Under the pieces are notes generated by a model, which was not told where the DNA came from, ran no database searches, and saw only the letters and a list, made by a program, of their open reading frames with translations. DNA of 64,000 bases from NCBI GenBank assembly GCA_963663035.1, contig OY760074.1, positions 3,360,001 to 3,424,000 on the forward strand, given 5' to 3'. The position numbers and the translations under genes were made by a program. Each line of letters begins with the position of its first letter. Position 1 is the first letter of the stretch. Below, in pieces: positions 37,877-47,394 of the stretch. The DNA is from Acidobacteriota bacterium. Lineage in GTDB: Bacteria > Acidobacteriota > UBA6911 > RPQK01 > JADFOI01.

Positions 37877-40800
37877 ATGAGACTCTATTATCTAGCCTTG
37901 GTTGGTATTCTTTCTCTAAACAGTGCCCAACTGCTCTTTGCCCAGACCACTGGGACGATTTCTGGGGCAGTCACAGATGAAACTGCTGCCGCGTTGCCGG
38001 GAGTGGAAATGACCGCAACCCATGTGGACACGGGTATCACCCGTACCGTGGTCTCCGATGACGTGGGCCGATACCGGATAACCAATCTCAACGTGGGCAG
38101 CTACGAAATAGTGGCCAGCCTTCCCGGTTTTCAGAGCGGGGTTCGAAGTGGACTCTCCCTGACCATGGGCCGCGAGGCAGTAGTCGATTTTACCCTCAGA
38201 GTTGGAGAAATCACGGAGCGGGTCCAGGTCATCGGAGAAGCTTCGTTGGTGGAGACTACCTCCAGCAGCCTGGGCAGCCTGGTGGATCGGAAGACGATCC
38301 TGGATCTGCCTCTCAATGGCCGCGATCTGACCACCCTGATTTCGCTGCAGCCCGGGGCGACGCGGTCCACCACCGGCAGCACCGGCGGCAGTGCAGGATT
38401 CAGCCGGGACGTCTCCATCTCGGGAGCCCGGCCCTCCCACAGCGCCTTTTTGCTGGATGGGACCGAGGTCAAGTCAATAGACGGAGGACTTCCGGCGGGA
38501 GTCTCTGGCAATTTTCTGGGTGGAGAAGCCGTTCAGGAATTTAAGGTGGAGAGAAATGCCTACAGTGCTGAGTATGGGGGCAGTGGCGGAGGAGCGATCA
38601 ACGTTCTGAGCAAGGCGGGGAGCAATATTTACCACGGCTCGCTCTACTACTTTCACCGCAACGACAACCTGGATGCCGCGGAATTTCGGGCTGGCACTGT
38701 TGTGGATTCGTCTGGCGCTTTCGCCGGCAAGATTAAGCCGGAATTCAAGCGCCACCAGTACGGTTTTAGCGCCGGTGGGCCGATTATCACGAATCGGACC
38801 TTCTTCTTTGGCAACTATGAAGGACTGCGGGAGGGCCGGGGATTTACCTCCACGCTGCGCACCCTCACCGCGGCTGCGCGAAACGGCGACTTGCCGAGCG
38901 GACAGGTGCAGGTTCTCCCTGGAATGGTCCCTTACCTGGCTTTGTGGCCCTTGCCCGGACCTGGCGCCATAGACCAGGGAAACGGAACAACCCGGGAAGC
39001 AGTGGGCCGCGTTCAACCGACGCAGGAAGACTTCTACCAGGTGCGGGTGGATCACAACTTCTCGGATGCGGATTCTGTCTTTGCGCGGGTGACTCGCCAA
39101 GATTCCGAGCGAATCCCCCCCGGGACCCTGAGATGGGACAAGCGCCAGTGGACCTACAACACCTTCATTACCCTCGAGGAGAAGAAAATTATCTCGCCCA
39201 CTCTGCTCAATACCCTTCGTTTCAGCTTCAACCGCCGTGGACTGGCAGAAGAGGACATTGAAACCGACCCGGTTGATCCCAGCCTGCTGTTTGTACCGGC
39301 GGACAAGTGGCCACTTCGGGTCCCTCAGACTCTGGGAATTGTGAGTGTCGATGACCTTTCAACCTTAGGATCGGATCGCGGCCTTTTCGATCGCTTGGTA
39401 AACTACTTTCAGTTGGGCGAGGATCTTGTCTACCTCCGCGGAGCGCATTCTCTGAAGGCCGGATTTAGCTTTCGGCGCATTCAACTGAATGGGGACAGCA
39501 ACTCCCGTAAGGCTGGAGACTTCAGTTTTGGCCCCATTGAGAACTTGCTGCGCGGCGAGCCGGAGACCTGGCGAGGCGAGTTCCTGCCCGAGGGCATCGG
39601 TATCCGCGGATTTCGTTGGTCCCTCTGGGGCTGGTACCTTCAGGACGACTGGAAGGTCCATCCACAGCTGACTTTGAACCTGGGCTTCCGGCATGAGTTT
39701 TACACCGTGCCCACGGAGGTCAACGGGAGAATTGCCAACCTGAAAAATCCCTTTACGGACACTGTTCAGGCCATCGCCGAAAACACAGACTCTTCTATCG
39801 TCGGCACAACCCTAACGCAATGGTTTGAGAATCCTTCTTTGAAAAGTTTCATGCCCCGCATCGGTCTGGCCTGGGATCCTACCGGCGACGGCAAGATGGC
39901 CATCCGGGCAGGTGGTGGAATCTTCTATAATCACATCCAGCCGCAGTTGTTTCGGCAGACGGCCTTCCGCGGAGCGCCCTTTACCCTGCAAACGCGACTG
40001 ACCGGTGATGCGCCGGGGGACATTCCCTTTATAGGCATTTACGACTTTATCGTAAACCAGGGAGAAGGGGAGTCGGAGATATACGCTTTTCCCTTCGACT
40101 GGGGAAGAAATCCACACATGCTCCAGTGGAATCTGAACATCCAGCGGGAGATTCTGCCCCAAACTGCGCTCACGGTGGGCTATGCCGGTTCCCGGGGTTT
40201 AAACCTGATGGATATACAGAACCTGAATGTGGCCGAGGCTGAGAACGTCAATGGCAGGTATGTATTCGCAGCGGACGCTGAGCGACGCAATACCTTCTAT
40301 GATCTGCAGCTGAGAAGCCTGGAATCGTCGATCAGTTCCTGGTATCACAGCTTTCAGGCGGGACTGCAGCGTCGCTTCCAGGCGGGATGGCAGCTGCAGC
40401 TTTCCTACACGCACTCCAGAACCCAGGATCAGAGCTCCCAGGTCAGTAGCGCCTTCCGCAATGACTCTGGCGGAGTTAACTATTATCCGGATCCGATGAT
40501 GCGCTGGAGCCTGGCTGCTTTTCACCTCGCCGATAACTTTTCAGGCAGCTGGGTGTGGCTGCTGCCTGTCGGTCCCGGCCAGCAATTTGGCGCCGATTGG
40601 ACCGGCGTGGCAGGCAAGATCCTGGGCGGCTGGCAGCTGTCTGGAATTCTGACTCTGGCTTCGGGACCTCCGGCTACCGTTGGCACTTCAACGCCGAGGG
40701 CTCTGACCAGACTCAAGTTCGGGAGCCAGGGACCCGATCTGGCACCCGGGGGGGACCTGAGTCCGGTGACCGGGGATCCAGACCAATATTTCGACGTCTC

Positions 40801-41092
40801 GAACTTTGTTTTTGCGCCGTCTCGAACCATCGGCAACGTGGGGCGAAACACGCTGAAAGCGCCGGGCGTGGCTAATCTGGATTTCTCTCTGACCAAGAAC
40901 ACGGAGGTTTCCGAGCAGGCCACGTTGCAGTTTCGGGCCGAGTTCTTTAACCTGCTCAACCGGCCGAACTTTAGCTTGCCTGCCACAAGGGTTTTTGGTA
41001 GCACTGGAAAACCCTCTAGTAGCGCCGGATTCATCAGCGGCACGACCACCACGTCGCGCCAGATTCAGTTTGGTCTGCGCTTGGAGTTTTAG
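37877..41092 (+). CDS. TonB-dependent receptor (Oar-like), TBDR4
   Basis: Signal peptide, LPLNGRD, AVQEFKV, YLQDDWKV; ends QFGLRLEF. Confidence 0.93.
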   Translation: MRLYYLALVGILSLNSAQLLFAQTTGTISGAVTDETAAALPGVEMTATHVDTGITRTVVSDDVGRYRITNLNVGSYEIVASLPGFQSGVRSGLSLTMGREAVVDFTLRVGEITERVQVIGEASLVETTSSSLGSLVDRKTILDLPLNGRDLTTLISLQPGATRSTTGSTGGSAGFSRDVSISGARPSHSAFLLDGTEVKSIDGGLPAGVSGNFLGGEAVQEFKVERNAYSAEYGGSGGGAINVLSKAGSNIYHGSLYYFHRNDNLDAAEFRAGTVVDSSGAFAGKIKPEFKRHQYGFSAGGPIITNRTFFFGNYEGLREGRGFTSTLRTLTAAARNGDLPSGQVQVLPGMVPYLALWPLPGPGAIDQGNGTTREAVGRVQPTQEDFYQVRVDHNFSDADSVFARVTRQDSERIPPGTLRWDKRQWTYNTFITLEEKKIISPTLLNTLRFSFNRRGLAEEDIETDPVDPSLLFVPADKWPLRVPQTLGIVSVDDLSTLGSDRGLFDRLVNYFQLGEDLVYLRGAHSLKAGFSFRRIQLNGDSNSRKAGDFSFGPIENLLRGEPETWRGEFLPEGIGIRGFRWSLWGWYLQDDWKVHPQLTLNLGFRHEFYTVPTEVNGRIANLKNPFTDTVQAIAENTDSSIVGTTLTQWFENPSLKSFMPRIGLAWDPTGDGKMAIRAGGGIFYNHIQPQLFRQTAFRGAPFTLQTRLTGDAPGDIPFIGIYDFIVNQGEGESEIYAFPFDWGRNPHMLQWNLNIQREILPQTALTVGYAGSRGLNLMDIQNLNVAEAENVNGRYVFAADAERRNTFYDLQLRSLESSISSWYHSFQAGLQRRFQAGWQLQLSYTHSRTQDQSSQVSSAFRNDSGGVNYYPDPMMRWSLAAFHLADNFSGSWVWLLPVGPGQQFGADWTGVAGKILGGWQLSGILTLASGPPATVGTSTPRALTRLKFGSQGPDLAPGGDLSPVTGDPDQYFDVSNFVFAPSRTIGNVGRNTLKAPGVANLDFSLTKNTEVSEQATLQFRAEFFNLLNRPNFSLPATRVFGSTGKPSSSAGFISGTTTTSRQIQFGLRLEF

Positions 41093-41110
41093 CCGAGAAG
41101 GGTTGCAGTC

Positions 41111-41187
41111 GAGCTTTTCCGCTGGCTAAGCGGAAAAGCTCAAGATAGAAAAAAGGAGTTCTTCCTAACCAGGGGGACTCCTTTTTT
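41111..41187 (+). terminator. Two consecutive hairpins; the second is a bidirectional intrinsic terminator
   Basis: GAGCTTTTCCGCT-N5-AGCGGAAAAGCTC (41111-41141), then A6-GGAGTTCTTC...GGGGGACTCC-T6 (41149-41187). Confidence 0.8.
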
Positions 41188-41230
41188 CATTTTAAGAGAG
41201 ACGAAGGGGTTAACAAGAAAATCGGTCACC

Positions 41231-41413
41231 ATGGGCGAATTTTTACTTTTTCTTTCTCCTTACTATTGCCAGTGTTCTGTACCGTTTTGCTGATGACGGC
41301 CGGGGCCATAAGTCAATCCATCCCCTCCAAGCTGATCGTCTATCCCGAACTGATCGTCAACAACGGCAAGATTTTGACTGCGGACGAGCAGTTTTCCATC
41401 GTTGAGGCGGTGG
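41231..41413 (+). pseudogene. 5' stub of an amidohydrolase-3 gene
   Basis: Frameshifted signal peptide, then YPELIVNNGKILTADEQFSIVEAV. Homology stops abruptly at ~41413. Confidence 0.8.
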
Positions 41414-41509
41414 GCCCGCTGGATGATGACCTTGCGGATTGGCCCAAAGACCGGGACACTCGGTTGGTCGAAGAACAGAGACAGCGTCTTCGATCTTTGA
41501 ACTCAGGCG

Positions 41510-41625
41510 GAGACGAAATAGAGGTCTCCTGTGACCCATCCACGGGTCGAGTTCGGTCGAGGGATCTGCAGTCAGACGCTCGGCCGTCCCTCCGGTAGCG
41601 GGGATGATCCAGATTTCTTCCATCA
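41510..41625 (-). pseudogene. Decayed TolB/PD40-like repeat fragment
   Basis: EIWIIPATGGTAERLTADPSTELDPW, followed in shifted frames by DGSQ and LYFVS. Confidence 0.5.
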
Positions 41626-41726
41626 GGTCGACGGCCTGTCAACTGATGACTTTATAGTCGATGCGTTTCTCTGACCAGTGCAGGATGCCGACGCAGGGGG
41701 CCTCAAGCTCTGGCGAGGTGCGCATC

Positions 41727-41891
41727 ACCGTTGAAAAACGCCATTTGCCCGCTTCCTCACAGCTTGCCCTGCCTGCCCTGAGCGAAGTCGAAGGGTCGCG
41801 GCTCGGAATGGGCGGGCTGAAAAGGCTGCACTTGCCAAGCCTCGCGCGTTAGCAAGCGGACCCAGACACCAGTTATTCAACAACCTCCTAG
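41727..41891. mobile_element. MITE-like element containing a REP pair, one REP interrupted by a second repeat
   Basis: Ends GTTGAAAAAC / GTTATTCAAC. Inside: CCGCTTCCTCAC...GTCGCGGCTC split by CTTGCCCTGCCTGCCCTGAGCGAAGTCGAAGG, and the inverse REP AGCCTCGCGCGTTAGCAAGCGG. Confidence 0.5.
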
Positions 41892-41939
41892 AGGACTTCA
41901 AGCGCGGCCTCAACGAAAGAAAAATCAACCTCGCCCGAA

Positions 41940-43241
41940 TTACTGCGATGTCTCGCCGGTCCACCGTGCCCTCAAGGCGGCGCGATCGACTTCCGTTCCG
42001 CGGAGATAGACTGCGGCGATTCGCCGCGTATTCGTGATGTCGTCGAGCGGATTTGCGTCCAGTACGATGAAGTCCGCGCTCTTGCCCGCCTCCACCGTGC
42101 CGACGTCAGTGAGTTGCAGCAGATCGGCCGAGTTGCGGGTCGCAGCCGTGATGACCTGAGCCGGCGTCATCCCTGCCGCCACCATTTCCACCATCTCGAT
42201 GGGCGGCCTCCAAGCGTCGCTTCCGTCCGTGCCAAAGCCGATCCGAACGCCCGCCGCATGGAGCTTTGCCAGATTGCGGGCCTGGATTCCGAACGCCTCC
42301 TGGACGGCTGGCCGGTCCGTGCTCGCCTCTTGAAGTTGCTGCAACTCTTCGGCGGGGACAGTCTCGCCGAGCCAACTCATGTCCATCGCAACTCCTTGAT
42401 CGGAAAGGGTCGGCACGAGGAACACGTTCGGGCGCTCCCTGAACAGCTCAACGATCTCCTCGTCAATGTCCTTGTCCCGGATTCCATGAGCGAACGCGTC
42501 GATGCCCGCCCGGAGGAGCCCCTTCGCATCCTCGAGCGTAAAGATATGGGCCGTGACGCGGAGGTTGTGCTTGTGGGCCTCGTCGATGATTGCGCCATAC
42601 AGGGCTGGGCTCAACTTCTCGTACTGGCCATTTCGGTCGTCGACCCAGATCTTGACTAGGTCGACCCTCCTCTCGGCCAGCTCCTGGACGGCCGTCCGGG
42701 CCTCGTCTTCGCTTGTGATCCAGTACGGCAGCTCAGAGCGCCCCGGCTCCGGCGTCGTAATCCCAAGTCCTGCGGTGCGCGATCGCGCGGCGTTGGGGAT
42801 CGTTTCTTCCCGTATCTGGAACGCTAGATCGCCGACATCACGGCCGAGGCTCATCACCACGCCGACCCCGTAGTACGCCAGATGCTGCAACTGATCAACG
42901 AATTCCTCTCGAGTCCCCGCCAGGTGCTTGTGGGTGTCGATTATCGCCGGCATGACGGTCTTGCCGGTCAGATCCACACGCGTCGCGCTCGCCGGAACGT
43001 CGAGCTGCCCTCTTCGGCCGACCGCGGTGAACCGATCGTTCTCAACGATGAATGCGGCATCCTCGATGGGCTCGCTGCCGTTCCCAACAATGAGCCGCGC
43101 CCCCTCGAACACCGTCACGGTTGTCGCCTGCGGCGCCTCGACCGTCTCCGGCGTTGAACAACCCGTTACCAAGAAGAGAGCGATCGAAAACAGACTCGCA
43201 AGGAACCTCACCTGGCGTGATTCCGCATTGACACGGCGCAT
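41940..43241 (-). CDS. Amidohydrolase-1 family lipoprotein (imidazolonepropionase-like fold)
   Basis: Lipobox LVTG-C, IIDTHKH, VKIW, TAH, FAH, FGTDG, GTVEAGKSADFIVL. Confidence 0.88.
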   Translation of the reverse strand: MRRVNAESRQVRFLASLFSIALFLVTGCSTPETVEAPQATTVTVFEGARLIVGNGSEPIEDAAFIVENDRFTAVGRRGQLDVPASATRVDLTGKTVMPAIIDTHKHLAGTREEFVDQLQHLAYYGVGVVMSLGRDVGDLAFQIREETIPNAARSRTAGLGITTPEPGRSELPYWITSEDEARTAVQELAERRVDLVKIWVDDRNGQYEKLSPALYGAIIDEAHKHNLRVTAHIFTLEDAKGLLRAGIDAFAHGIRDKDIDEEIVELFRERPNVFLVPTLSDQGVAMDMSWLGETVPAEELQQLQEASTDRPAVQEAFGIQARNLAKLHAAGVRIGFGTDGSDAWRPPIEMVEMVAAGMTPAQVITAATRNSADLLQLTDVGTVEAGKSADFIVLDANPLDDITNTRRIAAVYLRGTEVDRAALRARWTGETSQ

Positions 43242-43290
43242 AGAAACCTCCTGCCTGTTACTGAAATTGCGATGGTCAGCGAACCCTCAC

Positions 43291-43353
43291 AGTAAATAAG
43301 AAGTTACTTTCTGGAGGCAAGTCTATCAGGGAGGGGAAAGTAGGGCAACAGAG
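43291..43353 (-). promoter_or_regulatory. sigma70-like promoter/leader, copy 1 of a 63-bp direct repeat
   Basis: Minus strand TTGCCC-N17-TAGACT; repeated at 47332-47394. Confidence 0.7.
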
Positions 43354-43635
43354 TACTTTTTGAGCGCTCTGGGCCGAGAAAGAGGGTAGAGAATGGTTGT
43401 GAAGCGCCTGCCAGGCCGCCCAGCGCGGTACCACCCTTCAGGAATCGCCTCCTATCAGATTGCGTAGAAAACACTGGCTTTGCTGAGCCCCTTCAGGACT
43501 CGTAATGCGTGCTCGTCTCCGCCACATTGATGGTGAGTGTTTCTGACTTAACTGGGGAACCAGATTCATTTTTAAGGCGCCCGGAGCCACGTTGCCGAAC
43601 CATTTTGACCCGTTCGGTGGTAAAGCGTTCTTGCC

Positions 43636-43664
43636 TTGCACTTATTACATGAGCGGTTTAGGAT
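43636..43664 (+). promoter_or_regulatory. Candidate sigma70 promoter of the SoxC-like gene
   Basis: TTGCAC-N17-TAGGAT. Confidence 0.45.
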
Positions 43665-43736
43665 ATCTTCATGAACCCAGCGAAGTACCACAACACAAAT
43701 TGAGAACGGGCTCATCATCGGAGGGGGACAACACCT

Positions 43737-44993
43737 ATGGAGGCCAAGAAAGGTGGCCGCAGACGATTCCTGAGTGGCGCGTTAGCCGGTTTGATGGTAG
43801 GAGGGACTCGGTCCGAGAGCGGCCAGGCACTCGGGGCCCAAACACCCGAAGTACCCTCCGGAGACCTCCTCGCCTATGGCGAGCGCTCACGTTTCGAGAC
43901 CTCCAAACGCACGAGCCAGGGCTCTTTTTCCTGGCTCTTCAACCGTAGGCCCGATTTGTTGACGCCGCTTCAGGACTCGTTGGGAATCATCACGCCGCCC
44001 TCCCTTCATTACGAGGTCTCTCACGGCAGCCAGCCCCCGGACATCGACCCCAGCCGGTATCGTCTCACGATCCAGGGCCTTGTGGACAGACCTCGGAGTT
44101 TCACGCTGGATGAGTTGAAGCGTCAGCCGTTCGTATCGCGGATTCGTTTCCTCGAGTGCGCCGGAAATACAACTTCCCACCTTCGGCAGGCGCAGAATGC
44201 CGAGACAGTGCAGCTTTCGCACGGATTCACCAGCTGCAGCGAATGGACCGGCGTGCCGCTCTCCCTGTTGCTCCAGAAGACTGGCGTGCAAGAAGGAGCA
44301 GGCTGGTTGGTTGCAGAAGGTGCAGAGGCGGGAAAGCATATCAGGAGTATTCCGTTGGAGAAGGCCAGAAAAGACGTGATCGTAGCCTACGGCCAAAATG
44401 GTGAACCGCTGCGACCCGAGAATGGGTACCCCTTGCGGCTGGTGGTCCCCGGCCTTGCAGGATTTTACAGCGTTAAGTGGTTGAGACGAATCAAGCTGTC
44501 GGATCAGCCCCACCTGGTCCATCAGGGACGCTTCAGGCACTCGCCGTCGCAGGACGATTCGGGTGGGTTCCGTTTCGAGATAGGACCGAAATCGGTCATC
44601 ACTTTCCCTTCCGGCGGGCAACGGTTGCCCAGCCGCGGATTTTTTATGATCGGCGGCCTGGCATGGTCCGGTGGGGGCGCCATCCGCACGGTCGAAGTAT
44701 CTTCCGACGGCGGCCGAAGCTGGAAGGAAGCGCAGCTTCAGGATCCGGTGCTTCCAATCGCCCATACCCGGTTTAGCTTTGCCTGGAATTGGCACGGAGA
44801 AGAGGCCATACTCCAGTCCCGCTGCACGGATGAACTGGGCCAGGTTCAACCGACGCTTGCTGAGTTTGCCCGATCCAAGGGCGTCACCCGGGAGCAATTG
44901 CTATCAGGCTCGATACGAGAGGTCGGTCACTTCAATGTCATTCAACCCTGGAAGGTGACCCGCGATGGGAGCGTTCACAATGCGCTGACGTGA
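43737..44993 (+). CDS. Sulfite oxidase family molybdoprotein (SoxC/SorA-like) with Tat signal
   Basis: GRRRFL leader, TPLQ..GIITP..LH, FLECAGN (Mo-ligating Cys), SCSEWTGV, NGEPLRPENGYPLRL, VKWLRRI, GLAWSG. Confidence 0.9.
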   Translation: MEAKKGGRRRFLSGALAGLMVGGTRSESGQALGAQTPEVPSGDLLAYGERSRFETSKRTSQGSFSWLFNRRPDLLTPLQDSLGIITPPSLHYEVSHGSQPPDIDPSRYRLTIQGLVDRPRSFTLDELKRQPFVSRIRFLECAGNTTSHLRQAQNAETVQLSHGFTSCSEWTGVPLSLLLQKTGVQEGAGWLVAEGAEAGKHIRSIPLEKARKDVIVAYGQNGEPLRPENGYPLRLVVPGLAGFYSVKWLRRIKLSDQPHLVHQGRFRHSPSQDDSGGFRFEIGPKSVITFPSGGQRLPSRGFFMIGGLAWSGGGAIRTVEVSSDGGRSWKEAQLQDPVLPIAHTRFSFAWNWHGEEAILQSRCTDELGQVQPTLAEFARSKGVTREQLLSGSIREVGHFNVIQPWKVTRDGSVHNALT

Positions 44994-45481
44994 AGGGCCC
45001 CGGCCTGCGACCTCGCCTATTACCCGGACAGTCTCCAAGCTTAGAATTACACAAGTTCTCCCTGCAGGCCTACTCCGATCTATTGGACCTGATCTCAACC
45101 ATTGCTGGGTACAATGGCCAAGAGAACGCCGCTCTGATGTTCAACGGACTCACGGTATCGATCCATACTCGAGCTAACGCACTCAAGCTAAACATCCAGC
45201 TTAAGCTTCTCCAGACCGGCGTTGACGTGCCAGAGACCTCCGCAGCAGCAGGTCCAAATAGCGAGGGTCATCGCGGAGGGGGTCCAAAAGTTGGACTGGC
45301 TTGAGTTGATTCCTGTGATCTCAGAACTGAGTTAGGTGTAGTTTAGCTGATCTGATCCTTCTTCATTCTCGTGTCCAGCAGCTGTCGGTGCTGGTCTTCC
45401 TTTTCCACCTGAAGGAACTCAAAACCAATTGAGTTGACGTATTTGCCCTTTTCTCACGGTGGCAGCTCAAATCAGGAGCCT

Positions 45482-47287
45482 TCACCGCTTTGATAGGTTT
45501 GAGACGGCGACGCGTTCACGCGCGGCACGCTTACGATTCGTACTGATGATGTAAACGGTAGCCGCGGCAATCAGAACGATGATCAGGCTCCCAACATTGA
45601 AAACGCCCTTCTGTGAATACCAAACAATCAGGTAGCCGACGCTACCGGGCAATAAGGCATAGTACAGGAAGGGGAACAAGGTCTTGCGAATAACCGATCC
45701 CTCTTTTCCAAGCAAACCAACCACAGCGGACGCGGCGACAACGTTATGGACGCAAATGATATTTCCCGCCGCTCCTCCCACAGCTTGAAGAGCCACGATC
45801 CAGGTAGGGTCTACCCCAATCCGCTGGCCCACCCCGAATTGAAACAGCGAAAACATCATGTTGCTGACCGTATTACTGCCTGCCACGGCAGCGCCAAATC
45901 CGCCAATGAAAGGCGCGAAGATGGGCCAGGCGGAGCCGACCAAGGCAGCGACCCCTTCAGCTAAAGCAATCGGCATATTGTCATAACCGGCTGCCCCTCC
46001 GCCCGAGTTGATGAACACCTGGACCATGGGAACTGTAAAGACAAGCGCTGCAGAAGCACCCACCATTGCCTTTGCCGAGTTCCAAGAGGCACGCTTGAAG
46101 GCTGAGAAATCCATCTGATGTAAGAAGATGGTAATAAAACAGACCGCCAGAAAAATTGTTCCCGGCAGATAGAGAGGCTGAGCGGTTGCCGTAATTTCAG
46201 TGCCGAGGATGTTGGGTATCATTATGGTCCAGGATCTGAGCAGGTCGCTGAATGGCAACACCCTCAGACGAGTAAAGACCAGAAAAAGGGCGACCAGAAC
46301 ATAGGGAGACCAAGCCTTCATCATACTCATACCACCGCTGCGATGAGTCACATCCTTGATTTCGATAGATCCCGTCCACTCCGGATCCCAATTTTCTCTG
46401 GAGTCAAAGTTCCAGTACTCTTTCTCTGATGGCATCAGAAGACCTTTTTTTGCCGCGGTTATGACAATGGCTAGGCCGATTAGTCCGCCAAGGATCGCTG
46501 GGAATTCAGGTCCGAGCAAGTAGGCAACGATGATATAGGGTATGGTCATTGAGAAGGCGGCGAACAGGGCAAACTTCCACACCTGGAGACCCTCGGCGAA
46601 GGACTTGTTCTTGCCAAAGAACCGTGTCATGAAGGCCACCACGAAGAGAGGAATCAGAGTTCCAGCGATAGCGTGCAAACTGGCTACTTTCAACCCAATC
46701 ATGGCCAGGAACTGCGGCCAGTCGTATCCCAATTGTTGGGCGAACGCCGCAATTGATTCATCCGCTGACAAGCCGGTATGGACTCCCACCAGGATTGGAG
46801 TTCCCATAGCGCCAAAAGAGACCGGGGTACTCTGAATGATCATCCCCGCCACAACAGCCGCCATGCCGGGAAATCCAAGACCCACCATTAGAGGAACGGC
46901 TACGGCGGCGGGCGTGCCAAAGCCGGATGAGCCTTCGATGAACGACCCAAAAAGCCAGGCGATAATAATCACCTGAATTCGCCGGTCCGGTGTAATGTCG
47001 GTAAAACCTTGCCGAATCGTCCTCATTGCCCCGCTTTCCTGGAGGGTGTTTAACAGTAGAATGGCTCCAAAAATGATATAAAGCAGTGTTGCCGCAACTA
47101 CCAGGCCCCTAATGGAGGCTGCAGCTGCCTGGGCCATTGAAATCTTCCATACAAAGAGAGCGAGGCCAACCGCCACAATGTAAGAAATCGGCATAGCCTT
47201 ACTGGCAGGCCATCGCAGAATCACGAGAAATAAGGCAACTGCCGCAATCGGCATCAAAGAAAGGATAGCCAGGATTCCTATACTCAT
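45482..47287 (-). CDS. lctP: L-lactate permease family transporter
   Basis: DRRIQVIII.W.FG.FIEG..GFGTP, PVSFGA.GTP, GSNTVSN.MF, GN.IC.HN. Confidence 0.9.
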   Translation of the reverse strand: MSIGILAILSLMPIAAVALFLVILRWPASKAMPISYIVAVGLALFVWKISMAQAAAASIRGLVVAATLLYIIFGAILLLNTLQESGAMRTIRQGFTDITPDRRIQVIIIAWLFGSFIEGSSGFGTPAAVAVPLMVGLGFPGMAAVVAGMIIQSTPVSFGAMGTPILVGVHTGLSADESIAAFAQQLGYDWPQFLAMIGLKVASLHAIAGTLIPLFVVAFMTRFFGKNKSFAEGLQVWKFALFAAFSMTIPYIIVAYLLGPEFPAILGGLIGLAIVITAAKKGLLMPSEKEYWNFDSRENWDPEWTGSIEIKDVTHRSGGMSMMKAWSPYVLVALFLVFTRLRVLPFSDLLRSWTIMIPNILGTEITATAQPLYLPGTIFLAVCFITIFLHQMDFSAFKRASWNSAKAMVGASAALVFTVPMVQVFINSGGGAAGYDNMPIALAEGVAALVGSAWPIFAPFIGGFGAAVAGSNTVSNMMFSLFQFGVGQRIGVDPTWIVALQAVGGAAGNIICVHNVVAASAVVGLLGKEGSVIRKTLFPFLYYALLPGSVGYLIVWYSQKGVFNVGSLIIVLIAAATVYIISTNRKRAARERVAVSNLSKR

Positions 47288-47331
47288 GTATCAATCCCCC
47301 CCTTTGGGCAGAGTCCTAAAGCTGTGTAAAT

Positions 47332-47394
47332 AGTAAATAAGAAGTTGCTTTCTGGAGGCCAGTCTATCTGGGAGGGAAAAGCAGGTCAACAGAG
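47332..47394 (-). promoter_or_regulatory. sigma70-like promoter/leader of the lactate permease, copy 2 of the 63-bp repeat
   Basis: Minus strand TTGACC-N17-TAGACT; abuts the IS left end. Confidence 0.7.

Noticed and set aside
44990-45304. ORF overlapping the SoxC-like stop as a SoxD cytochrome
   Set aside because: No CxxCH and no signal peptide; cannot be supported as a gene.
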